IMG/VR virus record: IMGVR_UViG_3300031555_003522
Span: 1 to 64,000 of that record
DNA from: a virus
Taxonomy: Duplodnaviria; Caudoviricetes
Reading direction: 5' to 3' (one strand)
DNA: 64,000 nt
In this document: in pieces, positions 11,001 through 20,108 of the stretch
Layout of the letters: each line of letters begins with the position of its first letter
How positions within the stretch are numbered: the first letter of the stretch is position 1
The notes under the pieces: generated by a model
What the model saw: only the letters and a program-made list of their open reading frames with translations
Databases searched by the model: none
Told to the model about the DNA's origin: nothing
Position numbers and translations under genes: made by a program

Positions 11001-14000
11001 GGTGGTAAGGGTATATTTGGTGTAGGTAAGAAGATATTTGGAACTGGAGTTAAGGCTACTGGCAAGGCTGCTGGTGCTGCTCATGGAGCTGGTGCTAGTA
11101 TAAATGCCATGCTTAATAGAGCAACAGATATTAGAAATTATGCAGACACTGTTGTATCTGCATCTGGATTAACTGGAAGTGCTGCTAAAGAACTAAAAGA
11201 TCAGATAGTTAGTCAGGTATCTATCAGAGGGGTTGATGGAATAAATGACGTAATTATGAATCTTGATACCAGTTCTTTAACAGATGAAGCAGCCGAAATT
11301 ATCGGAACATCTACATCTAATCTTACTGAAGCATTGATGGGTTCGAATCCTAATGTAAGGAGTAAGATATCAAGCAAGATTGATGATATCGCTAAAGCCA
11401 CAAAAAATAAATTTACAAATAATAAGATAGTAAGTTCTATTACAAATGCTAAGAATAAATTCAGTAATAGTAAGATTGGAAATATTCTTGGTAATAGATC
11501 TAAAACAACGAATGAATTTATTAATGCTGCTGTCGAAGCACAGGGTCTTACTGGTAAAAAGGCTAATAAGGCTGCTAAGAAGATGGCTAAGAGCATTAAA
11601 TGGAATGGTGCGGCAGGTATTGATGATATACTTGAAGGAATTGATGGGGCTAAGCTAAGCGCTGAAGCTAATGAGTCTTTATTGAATAAGGCTATTGATG
11701 CTACAGATAGTGTGGTAAAAGCTCCTACTATTTCTTCTAAAGCAAAGAGTAAATTAACCGATATTGGTAAGAAGATAACAGACTCTAAAGCTGGGCAAAA
11801 AGTAACCACTGCTGTTGGTAAAGCTAAGGATGCTGTCAAAAATAATTCAGTAGTTAAAAAGGTTACTGGAGCTGTTGATGATGCTAAGGGTTTAATAGGA
11901 AAGATTACATCTAAGCTAAAGAATTTCTTTGCTGAACTTGCCGAGAATAGTACTATACTCGGCTTCTTTAAGAAAGCTGCTAAGAGTGATGTTTCCGAGG
12001 GTATTATTAAGAAAACTATTAAAGAACTTGGTGAAAAGGTAGCTAGTTCTGCACTTGGTAAGGTTGCTAGTAAGGCATTAACCAAGATTGCATCTGCTGC
12101 TGCTAAATTCGTACCGTTCTTAAATATTGCAATGTATGTAGCAGACTTTATATGGGGTTACAATAATGCTGATACTCTTCTTGGTATTGCCAAGGGAGAT
12201 GAATATCAGATAGGTATTGGCCAGAAATGTATTTGTGGTTTGGTGCATACTTTAAACAATGCTTTCCTTCTCGGTTTGGTTCCTACAGATGTCATTATAG
12301 ATATATTTGTAGATGTATTGTTCCCAATTTTCGGATTGGATGTTACATCCTTGAAAGAGGCTCGGGATCGTGCAGATAATATTCTCGATGAATGGAACAA
12401 GGAACATCCAGAAGAAACCTATACTAACCTTGAAGATTTTAATAATAAGGATAAATGGACTACAAAGGCTAAGAAAGCTATAAGCTCTGGTTTGGACAAG
12501 GTTAAAACTGGAGTAAGTAATGCTTGGAATAGTGCTGTAGATAAGGTTAAAACCGGTGCAAGTAATGCTTGGAACGCTACCAAGGAATGGGCTGGGAATA
12601 CTTGGAATAGCGTTAAAACCGGTGCAAGTAATCTTATAGAGAATGCAAAGAACTCCAAAATAGGTCAGACTGTAAGTGGAGCAATAGACTATGTTAAATC
12701 TGGAATACAGTCTGTAACTGCAGATATAAAAGAGAATGGATTTAGCGCTATAACAGAAGGCATTAAAGGCGGTTATAGCGATTCCTCTAAAGTTATTAAA
12801 GATGTCAGAGCTGGTAAATATACAGTATTCGATAAAAAATATTGGAAGTCTGAATCTGATGATAATAAGAAGAATAAAGATAACGAGAATCCTCTTAGTA
12901 CCTTAGGAACAATTTTCTCTACAGTCAATAAAGTTCTGAATATTCCCAATGCTATGATGGGATATGTTGGATCAAAGATAAGAGAAACATTTACAAATTA
13001 TATCAAAGCTGTGCGAGAAGGCACTCTTGATGCTACATCCGACATAAATGCGGTCAAAGCTGGTAAGTACACCATTTTCAGTAAGCAATATTGGGGGTCT
13101 GATAGCAAGTCTACAGATAATCCTTTGGCTATACTTGGAGATGTATTTGGTACTGTTATTAGAGTAATGAACGCACCTTCTGCTATGATGGGATGGGTAG
13201 GCACAAAGGTAAAGAATGCTTTCTTAGATATGATAGATTGCGGAGATATTGGAAAAGAGACTGATAATATCATATTAGAGGCAAAGGCTGGAAATATATC
13301 TGTATTTGATAAGAAATATTGGACTATTACAGCTGATGATAGTAATCCTCTTAGTGGTATTGGTAAAGCGGTCGGATTTATCCAAAGACTATTTAATGCA
13401 CCAATTGTTCTAATTCAAAGTGCATTTAATAAAATCTCTAGTGGATTCGTAGATGCATGGGAATGGTTCACTGGTTTATTTGGTGGAGGTAACTCCAATT
13501 CTGGTGGTTCTAGATCTGCCGGTAGTGGTAGAAACAAAACTAATGGAAATGGAGAGCACTTATATCAATCCAATAGTGCAATAGCAAATGTTAAGTACGG
13601 TAATAGTACAATAGGAGATTCTGGATGCGCACCCGTTGCTGCTACGAATCTCATAAATAATATGGGAACTTCTGGATCTAACCTCGCAGATGCTGTAAGA
13701 TTTGCAGAAAGAGGAAATTATATTGGTCGAGAAGGAACTGATATTAGCTACTTTAATAGCTATCTAGCATCTAAGGGTATTTCTACCACTAATACTAGTA
13801 ATAAGAAAACCGCTCTGGATGCTATAAGATCTGGTAGACAGGTTATATTACTTGGTCAGGATTCGCATAACAGTAAGAAGGCTCCTTATGGAACTAATCC
13901 TCACTTTGTTACTGCTACTGGCGTTGCACCTAATGGTGATATTATCGTTGAAGATCCTGATCTTCCCGATAATAGAGTATACTATAAACCCAATACCTTA

Positions 14001-16073
14001 ATGAAATCTATGATATCTTCTGTTATCACCGGAGATGCTGGTAGGAAGATAAATCGTAGAGCTAGTTCTATAGGCGGAAAGTCTAAAGCTAAGAGAGGAA
14101 TGAGACGCGTTCTTTATGGACGTGGAACGAAGCTCGGAGCTCAGGCTGTCCTAAATGTTGCTAGAAGCCAGATTGGTGTAAAGGAACATCAGCCTAATGT
14201 AGTAAAATATAATAATGCATACTGGACTGAGCATAACCTCGGTACTAGCAAAACCTATAATAATAGTCAAGATTATTATCAGTGGTGCTGTGTATTTGTA
14301 TGGTGGGTGTTCAATCAGGCAGGTGCATCCTCTCTGTTTATGAATGGCGGAAAGGCAGTTGCATGTAGCGATTGCGCAAAATACTATAAACAGAAGGGAA
14401 AATACAATAAGAGTAATCCCAAACCTGGCGATATCGTCATGTTCGACTGGGATAACTGTGGTATAGAACAGCATACTGGTATCGTAGAATCTGTTAAAGG
14501 AGACAAAATTTATACTATTGAGGGTAATACTGGTGACAGAGTTGCCAGAAAGACTCGTAATATTAAAAATGTCATCGGATTCTGTCATATAGATTATCCA
14601 TATGAGTATGATGATACTACAGTTGTTGATATGAGCAAATATGGTGATACCTCTGATTACAAACATATTGCAACAAATGGTGGACCTATGACTGGAGATA
14701 AGTATTCTGCATTCGTAGGAGGATCTGCTGATGATACGGAATATGTGAGTGGAATATATGATGGAACAACATCTAGTTCTACAGATGGAACCATATTTAC
14801 AAAAATAGGTAATCTTGCTAACAGCGTCTTTAAAGCAATGTATGGTGAAGATACCTATCAAATGATGTTTGGTAAAACCGACACATCTAATGAACTTAAT
14901 CAAATTTATGAAGATGAAACCGTTGGTAGTGGTCCTGCTCTTATAGGTAATACAGTTTCTGAAAAGATCTGGAATTACTTAAGAAATCATGGATATACTG
15001 CTGCTGGTGCTGCAGGCCTTATGGGAAATCTTCATGCAGAGTCTTCCTTAAGACCTAATAACTTGCAAAATAGTTATGAGGTGAAACTTGGTCATACTGA
15101 TGATTCTTATACTGATGCTGTAAATAAGAAGACTTATAGTAAAGATTCCTTTATAAATGATAAAGCTGGATATGGCTTGGCTCAGTGGACACATCATAGT
15201 CTTAAGAGGAATCTATATAGGGATACTGTTGAACAGGGTATAAGTATTGGAGACCTGGGTGGACAGCTATATTCTCTTACCAATGAACTCGATAAGAACT
15301 TCCCTGCAATAGCGAATATCTTGAAAACCACTGCAGATTATAATGTTGCAAGTGATACAGTTCTAAGAGATTTCGAGAATCCTAAAGTTAAGAATTGGGA
15401 CGATCGTCGTAAGTTCAGTAAAGAATGGTATGATAAATACAAAACAGCTACTATTAATCCTAATATGAATTATACCACATCTGTCCTAGATAGTGAGGGT
15501 AATACTGTTGAGTACAGTGTTCCTAGTGGTATAGTATCTGGAAATCCTTCTGACTATTCTACTTATAGAGCATATCTCGATGCAACTAGATCAAATACCT
15601 TTGAAGCTAGAGGCAGAGCAGGTAATAAGAGAACAGTTGGTGATGCTAGAATACTGTCTAGATCTGGTGGCTATAGACATACTGGTGGTGCTACTAAGGC
15701 ACTTAATGCAAATAGCGCATATGCCGATGGAGTTACCAGAACTGTAAATATTGCTCATGCTAATGGATCTAGTAGTATGAATAATACTGGTGTAGATTAT
15801 GAGACATTCTTGCAGACTATTATAACGGTATTACTGCAGATTTCTGATAATACGACACTGCTGAATGCTATATTAGAAATATTGTCTAAGAACTTCAATC
15901 TCGATATAGATAAATCTCAGATTGCCAAATCTGCAAACTCTAGAGTTCGTGCTCAAGAGGCATTAAATCAGGCTATAAAGAATTCGGGTGGAGCTGCCAA
16001 TATGACTAATATGCTAAATAATAGAGATACTCAATATGTACTCGACGCTCTTAAAGCTATTGCAAGAGAGTAA
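5082..16073 (+). CDS. giant tape-measure/tail-associated lysin with C39-like peptidase, CHAP and phage lysozyme-2 domains
   Basis: About 3660 aa (start 5082 after GAGGAGG); Gly/Ala-rich hydrophobic repeats and W-spaced repeats; SGCAPVA..HFV..EDP (C39), WCCVFVWW..HTGIVE..IEGNT (CHAP), AAGLMGNLHAES..GYGLAQWT (lysozyme); late promoter 5034-5045. Confidence 0.8.
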   Translation: MPTNTRRPPVTKTSVARYVKNVGKSLALASVDVISDNAPAMKIFLQESDEYIKKGFAYIKNPRAATDRAERQTLVSKVYQAVGSGLNKFKNDVLTGDMYNDSKAQAHMLDEFNKEMGFDDMSESDDFNWNDGDRSASGTSAVSDSYSVAIGAAAQTHATAVAQGTELVIGANKASTKLLVANMDKLGVNISAGLASVYSNISITNKSIQTHVENSNKFYEATNDLFREQVALMRELVDMQRSLYAPNKYNRYGNRGTALSSSMDGYGNIKLDGYLKNIKKNIENNLGLMGLFDNDAGSPINMLLTAIMDPTKMITKAFMNKMLPKAFKSNIASMDKALASMFSQLIAALNRKKFEGNTLGSIASIFGINLDNKTTINPKEYFKNAIPFDGITKQAIIETIPGYLSRIEAALTGMNERYYDYEEGRWTKFDAILDRFEHEKKTNIASANRGIRDDLSNTMRDLRSKDPRNAESIQKSIDYMMNKIYSDNGYFRIDKVGSEPAWSYYGFKSKKIFDEVIVKNLSKSTIRDLARKNMMAKEDFSRRMRGKEGAHAIERQIFNNSQDYDFTSSKSRSMIKGTGLLSLSYDEEGKNVFYYLREILGRMGNRPKNKNNNSRTRHSRNRSKRQSTTTNTTSSDSSDSDGDGDGDPESEGYIDDSIWEELDKKRAKELEESNKVKEFFDKLSGVFDKSPVGRMFTTIGKGLADVFSSPINYMTKMLEKADESLFKVFFGENEEFVDEHGKKIGVWQKMLNEMKSSFNNITEKIAKALKFDKFEEFLKSKVEPYVKPVWNEIKSTAGRGFNRAKTAVGNTFGKAFKSASAKFTNIANKVSNGGVVTADEVENIDNREMVQDNDEFYDNIVESAYGRVVTKRGLTMISPGEVIIPATSDRKKQNKMLAGERKDRSRIVRAFKSMSGKIGLNAKGTVDLNKLKDSLYKIYNENKAGASKVAAGGVLGLGAGLLTGINPLLGAVAGAGISILDNSQTLQRIVFGEDTEDGHIGGIIPKKIQDYFKKAGGDAIDFGVAGGILGLVTGMGPLAGAAVGAGVGLLKNSETVNNFLFGEDGVIGPENKEKISKFIKKSAPNALVGAGIGILTGPFGLLGNAALGAGLGMITSTNTFHELMFGKEDDPDDNGIFGAFKEGMLNPAIKKVHEIIDDFKEYAKKNIFDNLKKFLDPFSQMIKNGINNITNGVKDHLADMFERSIGIPAADFMRERVFKPLTKVIGGIVKVPLNVGKAAFALPFKAIGNLGTHIKTRQIQKGTAYNMTAEERLQWRKDNNIKLPFGRDKMREQDEIIAGMDIEDLQNLASLTGNQLNSRKELGENLGEARQASSKTISSYFNKNTGKDGRSLYEIVGVNKITKLTKLAANGDAAAFDAALRKLVDKGELSTDQMNELNKLIASRITTVKTSMDAISSFDMDKDEKNKILSDLLGGRKISGRKDIRQIMMTAEAELANRIKKKGESYDPDEEAEKKEELALQKIEDDRNLTKIYRENMENKSDAALQHLSLISQGVQLIANPGSTPVIVDNPISFKTKASGAIELPGNTSSSGVEGKVLALPSGKGDDDSIEAKNAETKDQQDDEARDKTADSTEKTASLMSRLVGFFMGDKAEKKKKKNKDGFFSTALGGIYEFLGAKGSTIAKIGLGAVGLGAGFSLLGVATDWFKNKVWPTLKTAMFGKTNDDGKYSGGLLSGLANKFNDIIHGDGTPQNPGLVAKLINGGKSLLFGDNGSWDNPTGGLLGWLKSGKLYEFIGSKVVPNLIGGFGLAMNHIVTPLVALLIKNFPSMVGSLGKALLNGIKAAVFPSAKISRDGYTVTSDNSEFKKLEDSTAAAIKTNVGLDSNISKIYSSNTASSVYGAASSSIDINSLTDSNFIAAEDTYDKDGNHLNKTSTDLMYKNAGGLSGLLGAKESTNTVVYDENGNIALRSYDRMNTVDSAGSKILDATGRSFTYGLLGRNKNKLLNKMANVSTKGGKGIFGVGKKIFGTGVKATGKAAGAAHGAGASINAMLNRATDIRNYADTVVSASGLTGSAAKELKDQIVSQVSIRGVDGINDVIMNLDTSSLTDEAAEIIGTSTSNLTEALMGSNPNVRSKISSKIDDIAKATKNKFTNNKIVSSITNAKNKFSNSKIGNILGNRSKTTNEFINAAVEAQGLTGKKANKAAKKMAKSIKWNGAAGIDDILEGIDGAKLSAEANESLLNKAIDATDSVVKAPTISSKAKSKLTDIGKKITDSKAGQKVTTAVGKAKDAVKNNSVVKKVTGAVDDAKGLIGKITSKLKNFFAELAENSTILGFFKKAAKSDVSEGIIKKTIKELGEKVASSALGKVASKALTKIASAAAKFVPFLNIAMYVADFIWGYNNADTLLGIAKGDEYQIGIGQKCICGLVHTLNNAFLLGLVPTDVIIDIFVDVLFPIFGLDVTSLKEARDRADNILDEWNKEHPEETYTNLEDFNNKDKWTTKAKKAISSGLDKVKTGVSNAWNSAVDKVKTGASNAWNATKEWAGNTWNSVKTGASNLIENAKNSKIGQTVSGAIDYVKSGIQSVTADIKENGFSAITEGIKGGYSDSSKVIKDVRAGKYTVFDKKYWKSESDDNKKNKDNENPLSTLGTIFSTVNKVLNIPNAMMGYVGSKIRETFTNYIKAVREGTLDATSDINAVKAGKYTIFSKQYWGSDSKSTDNPLAILGDVFGTVIRVMNAPSAMMGWVGTKVKNAFLDMIDCGDIGKETDNIILEAKAGNISVFDKKYWTITADDSNPLSGIGKAVGFIQRLFNAPIVLIQSAFNKISSGFVDAWEWFTGLFGGGNSNSGGSRSAGSGRNKTNGNGEHLYQSNSAIANVKYGNSTIGDSGCAPVAATNLINNMGTSGSNLADAVRFAERGNYIGREGTDISYFNSYLASKGISTTNTSNKKTALDAIRSGRQVILLGQDSHNSKKAPYGTNPHFVTATGVAPNGDIIVEDPDLPDNRVYYKPNTLMKSMISSVITGDAGRKINRRASSIGGKSKAKRGMRRVLYGRGTKLGAQAVLNVARSQIGVKEHQPNVVKYNNAYWTEHNLGTSKTYNNSQDYYQWCCVFVWWVFNQAGASSLFMNGGKAVACSDCAKYYKQKGKYNKSNPKPGDIVMFDWDNCGIEQHTGIVESVKGDKIYTIEGNTGDRVARKTRNIKNVIGFCHIDYPYEYDDTTVVDMSKYGDTSDYKHIATNGGPMTGDKYSAFVGGSADDTEYVSGIYDGTTSSSTDGTIFTKIGNLANSVFKAMYGEDTYQMMFGKTDTSNELNQIYEDETVGSGPALIGNTVSEKIWNYLRNHGYTAAGAAGLMGNLHAESSLRPNNLQNSYEVKLGHTDDSYTDAVNKKTYSKDSFINDKAGYGLAQWTHHSLKRNLYRDTVEQGISIGDLGGQLYSLTNELDKNFPAIANILKTTADYNVASDTVLRDFENPKVKNWDDRRKFSKEWYDKYKTATINPNMNYTTSVLDSEGNTVEYSVPSGIVSGNPSDYSTYRAYLDATRSNTFEARGRAGNKRTVGDARILSRSGGYRHTGGATKALNANSAYADGVTRTVNIAHANGSSSMNNTGVDYETFLQTIITVLLQISDNTTLLNAILEILSKNFNLDIDKSQIAKSANSRVRAQEALNQAIKNSGGAANMTNMLNNRDTQYVLDALKAIARE

Positions 16074-16153
16074 ACTAAATGTTGTTGGAAGGGTTATTTT
16101 GACCCTTCCAACAATATATTAAAAATAGTCTCTTTAAGGAGGTTGTATATATT

Positions 16154-17827
16154 ATGGCAACTGGAGATATTTGGGCTTGTGACGTATCGGAACTGGCAAT
16201 ACGTTCCAATCCTGATACATATGCCGAAATTAGAGGTTATATACGATATTCTGATGAAATAGTAGAAGTATCTAGACAGTCTAATACATATGGTACTACT
16301 TGGATAGAGCATGAATATGGTTGGACTTGTGCTGAGTCTAGTGGTTATCAATATATGCATATATCTAAGAAAAAAATAGATATTAATACAACTACATCTA
16401 ATGCTGGAGATAGTGAAAGCTATGGATATCAGCCAATTATAGAGCATATACTAGAGGAAAATACTAATCAAATAATTACAGATTCCGAATTTTCTAAAAT
16501 AAAGAATGTATCTGGAGTAATGGGACTCCCATATCAATTTTTACCAAATGCAGATCCAAGATTATATGGATCTAGTAATTCTCAAGATATAGGATACGAA
16601 TATGCTGATAAAATAATATCTAGAATACCCCTTCTATTTCTTGCACCAGGTAAAGCAAGTTTTATGACAAAATATTCTAAAAAGGATAAAGAGTCTATAC
16701 TTGAAAGAATATTGAGTACTGGTGTGAGTACTAATTCTACTTCTATAGATGATCTTATAGATAAAAATGGTAGATATTACACATTTGAATATGATTCTGT
16801 AAAATACTATAAATTCGTTAATCCTATGTGTCGTATAGCTGCTAGATTTCTTAATATCCAAGATATAAAGATAGATGGAGTCTATTTAGATAATATGAAC
16901 TGGGAAGAGTATACAAAATCTGGTATCAAATCTATTGGTGATTTTGGCACTTATACTTCTGTACCTTTTTATATAAACACCGAAACACAGATTTCTGAAA
17001 GCTGGAGTAATAGTGTTACGCAATCTATGCTAGCATCATCTGTGAATGGTATATCTGATATGGGTAGAGAGTTGAACTTTCTGTTAGGATATACACAATC
17101 TGGTACTGGAGCAATAGAATTAATAAATAATGATGCAGAAGTTGCAGCAAATATAGAAAATATAAATGATACTATAAAGCAAATATTGGGAACTGGAAGT
17201 TTCTTTAGTAATTTGGCTACTCATATTGCTACAGTTGCTTCTGGCGGTAAATTAGTATTTCCTGAAATATGGGCAGACTCTCAGTTTTCTCGACAGTATA
17301 GTGTCAATATTAAATTAGTATCGCCAGATCCATCTAAACTAAGTATTTACTTAAATATTCTAGTACCTTTATTCCATATATTGAGTCTGGTAGGCCCTCA
17401 GACTATTTTAAGTAATCCTAATGGATATACGAATCCTTTCTTAGTTCGTGCTATCTATAAGGGCCACTTTAACATAGACATGGGTATTATTACAGACTTG
17501 ACTATAAGTAAAGGTGATGAATGCAGGTGGACACCAGATGGACTTCCTACATCTGTAGATGTAAGCTTAACTATTAAAGATCTATATAATATGCTTGCTA
17601 TTACTTCTAGCGAAAGCCTTAAATATGATACATTAAATAATACAGCACTTATGGATTATATTGCAAATCTTTGTGGTGTAAATATATTTAAGCCTGAAAT
17701 TTCTCGTATAATCGAAATGTGGTTTGTTAACAATTTCGAAAATAGAGTGGATGACTTCTTCAAATTAGATATATGGGGAAAGATTCAAGAAAAAGTCCAG
17801 AATGGAATAATGAATATATTCAGATAG
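16154..17827 (+). CDS. baseplate/tail-tube-related virion protein with N-terminal SH3b-like domain
   Basis: N-term LAIRSNP..W..GW; C-term FPEIW..SRQYS..PFLVRA..GLPTSVDVSLTIKDLY as in jumbo-phage tube/baseplate proteins; late promoter 16110-16121. Confidence 0.55.
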   Translation: MATGDIWACDVSELAIRSNPDTYAEIRGYIRYSDEIVEVSRQSNTYGTTWIEHEYGWTCAESSGYQYMHISKKKIDINTTTSNAGDSESYGYQPIIEHILEENTNQIITDSEFSKIKNVSGVMGLPYQFLPNADPRLYGSSNSQDIGYEYADKIISRIPLLFLAPGKASFMTKYSKKDKESILERILSTGVSTNSTSIDDLIDKNGRYYTFEYDSVKYYKFVNPMCRIAARFLNIQDIKIDGVYLDNMNWEEYTKSGIKSIGDFGTYTSVPFYINTETQISESWSNSVTQSMLASSVNGISDMGRELNFLLGYTQSGTGAIELINNDAEVAANIENINDTIKQILGTGSFFSNLATHIATVASGGKLVFPEIWADSQFSRQYSVNIKLVSPDPSKLSIYLNILVPLFHILSLVGPQTILSNPNGYTNPFLVRAIYKGHFNIDMGIITDLTISKGDECRWTPDGLPTSVDVSLTIKDLYNMLAITSSESLKYDTLNNTALMDYIANLCGVNIFKPEISRIIEMWFVNNFENRVDDFFKLDIWGKIQEKVQNGIMNIFR

Positions 17828-17916
17828 TTTTTCGAGTTTTACTAAAGTTAAAACATATCAATGAGGATGTAGGCGGTGTCCTACATCCTCATTCCAATAA
17901 AAGATGGTGTTTTGAG

Positions 17917-18633
17917 ATGAAAGCTCGAAAAACTAGAAGACAAAAACATGATGAATATGAAGAGAAATTCGGTGATATACCTATTGATTTCGAACAGCGA
18001 CTAAGTTGGCTTTATGATACTCTTCATATCTCAGATGAACAGGCATTTAATATACTTAACAAACGAGACTTAATGATGGATTCACTTAGATTCCATGACA
18101 CCAAAATTGTTTTATTTGAAGTCCCAGAGGGTTCACCTCGGCCACGATTTAGAATAGTAAATAGAAGAAATCTCTCAAATATGGCATTATCTAATCCTAA
18201 TTTTGTTCATGTATATTCATTAACAGGTAAGGAAGATAACCAGTTTATGAGAAGATTAATGAGTCAAGAAGATTTTAATGCTCTAGATCAAATGATATGT
18301 ACACCATGTATTGTAGATATAGATGCATACTTTAAGACTCCATCTGCATTTAATAAAGAAGATACAATACTAGCTGAGATAGGCCTACATAGACCTATTA
18401 CCAAGCCAGACTGGGACAATATTGGTAAAAAATACAGCGATATGTTTAACTCTAATGTATGGCTAGATGATATTATGGTTATAGATGGATCTATACATAG
18501 ATATTATTCTGTCTTGCCTAGAGTTGAAATAAGAATACGATATTTAAATATGCTTTATAACAGACATCAATACAGTGCAATAACAAAAAGAGTCGATTAT
18601 GATGAATCCTATAATGTACAATATTTCAAATGA
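17917..18633 (+). CDS. rusA: RusA-like Holliday junction resolvase
   Basis: PRPRFR..KPDWDNIGK..D..N..VWLDD..V motif set; likely start ATG 17917 (ORF track start 17773 overlaps the upstream gene). Confidence 0.8.
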   Translation: MKARKTRRQKHDEYEEKFGDIPIDFEQRLSWLYDTLHISDEQAFNILNKRDLMMDSLRFHDTKIVLFEVPEGSPRPRFRIVNRRNLSNMALSNPNFVHVYSLTGKEDNQFMRRLMSQEDFNALDQMICTPCIVDIDAYFKTPSAFNKEDTILAEIGLHRPITKPDWDNIGKKYSDMFNSNVWLDDIMVIDGSIHRYYSVLPRVEIRIRYLNMLYNRHQYSAITKRVDYDESYNVQYFK

Positions 18634-18650
18634 ACTGGAGTTGAATTATT

Positions 18651-19082
18651 ATGTACTTGCAAGATCATCATTATAAGACAGATCTGGCTGATGTAAATAC
18701 CATTAGAACAGCTCTTCACACAACTCTATACTGCAATCCTATTTATCTGACAGAACTACAGAACCGTATTGCTAGCCATTTAGATGTGTTGAATATTGAA
18801 TTTGTTCCTAATGAGTTTGCTATATATATTCGTATTAAGAAGACTGGAATGAGAAAATTCCATGGATTCCGGCAGAATCCTGACTTCTATTATCAAATTA
18901 CTCCTCAGATCTTTTCTGGTTATATCGCTAATCATAGATCTGAATTGGTTAACACGCTTTCTTCAACAGGTGTTCAAAATGCAACACAGGTAATAGAGAA
19001 TCTGATAGTGAACAATCAGCGCTTATCTAACCTGTGTCATGTAACCTGTATTGCTGACAATATTGTCATCTTTAAATTATAA
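18651..19082 (+). CDS. hypothetical protein
   Basis: GGAG RBS, 143 aa, ends at a bidirectional terminator. Confidence 0.7.
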   Translation: MYLQDHHYKTDLADVNTIRTALHTTLYCNPIYLTELQNRIASHLDVLNIEFVPNEFAIYIRIKKTGMRKFHGFRQNPDFYYQITPQIFSGYIANHRSELVNTLSSTGVQNATQVIENLIVNNQRLSNLCHVTCIADNIVIFKL

Positions 19083-19087
19083 CGAAA

Positions 19088-19124
19088 ATCCCCGTAGACT
19101 ATAATGTCTACGGGGATGTATTTT
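19088..19124. terminator. bidirectional terminator between convergent genes
   Basis: ATCCCCGTAGAC / GTCTACGGGGAT hairpin flanked by A and T runs. Confidence 0.75.
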
Positions 19125-20068
19125 TATTTCTTGAGATCCATAATCAAGCTCTCTAAGAAAGCTTCATCAATCTTCTCAATACGAGCAGTATTCAACATCT
19201 CAACGAAAGTATACAGAAGAGTTGTACGAGTAACAATCTTATCCATATTAAGATGATCTTCGTTCATAAACTCTGCATGGCTATCGGGATGCTTAACAAC
19301 ACTCTCACACATAGAAGTAACCATATGATGGAGAATGCTCTTAGGAGCACGACGAATCTTAGCAATTTCCTGCTTAGCACGCATCTCATAGTGTTCCTTA
19401 AGTTCAACATCTTCTTCAGGAACTTCAGCAATCTTTTCCTGAGCCTGCTGAAGAGTAGCTGTAATATCTTCATGATCCTTTGTATTGGCTGTAACAAAAT
19501 CCTGCATTGCAGTAGAAACGCGATCATGGATAGCAGCAGTAATTTCTTCAGTATTACTATAATCAAGAGCATTGAAGAAAGAGTCCTTCATCTCAGGCTT
19601 AATTACAAAAGTATCAGGATCATCCTTATCAGCAGCTTCGATAATAGTCTTAGCATGCTTGGTGATAATCTGAGACAACTCAGACATTGCTACAGAAGCG
19701 GTCTTCATTGTATCCGTAATCTTGTAGAAACCATTTTCGTTCACATACTCGATTACAATAGAACGCATAACAGATGCATTAGCCTTATCAGCAACAATAT
19801 CAGAATTCACGCTTTCGCTAAACATCTTATACAAAGCTTCTGTGAGCAAGATATTTCTTACACTTTCTGTGAAAGAATTATATCTATCTGCGAGTCTCTT
19901 ACTAGCAAGATGGTTTTCGATAAAAATCTTATGATCTTCGGTATAAGTCTCTACGGTCTCGGGCTTATTACTATTTGCTCTATCATTAATATGGGCATCG
20001 AGTGCCTCAAAGAATGCATTTGCAGATCTTTTTGCCCTATCCGAAAGAGTAACGTTTTCCATACTCAT
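19124..20068 (-). CDS. putative head/scaffold protein with multiple xxE|S/A processing sites
   Basis: Start 20068 after AAGGAGGA; minus-strand late promoter 20097-20108; FTES, FSES, IIEA, MCES, FLES motifs. Confidence 0.6.
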   Translation of the reverse strand: MSMENVTLSDRAKRSANAFFEALDAHINDRANSNKPETVETYTEDHKIFIENHLASKRLADRYNSFTESVRNILLTEALYKMFSESVNSDIVADKANASVMRSIVIEYVNENGFYKITDTMKTASVAMSELSQIITKHAKTIIEAADKDDPDTFVIKPEMKDSFFNALDYSNTEEITAAIHDRVSTAMQDFVTANTKDHEDITATLQQAQEKIAEVPEEDVELKEHYEMRAKQEIAKIRRAPKSILHHMVTSMCESVVKHPDSHAEFMNEDHLNMDKIVTRTTLLYTFVEMLNTARIEKIDEAFLESLIMDLKK

Positions 20069-20108
20069 AATAGTTGGATCCTCCTTAATTTTCATTTATT
20101 TTAATGTT

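Noticed and set aside
12490-12630. CRISPR-like or DGR-like repeats (GTTAAAACCGGTGCAAGTAAT)
   Set aside because: In-frame coding repeats of the tape-measure W-periodic region; no spacers, cas genes or reverse transcriptase in the window
16146-16153. TATATTAT here (also 49047 and 50560) as early promoters
   Set aside because: They lie between RBS and start codon, so they are likely chance matches in AT-rich spacers
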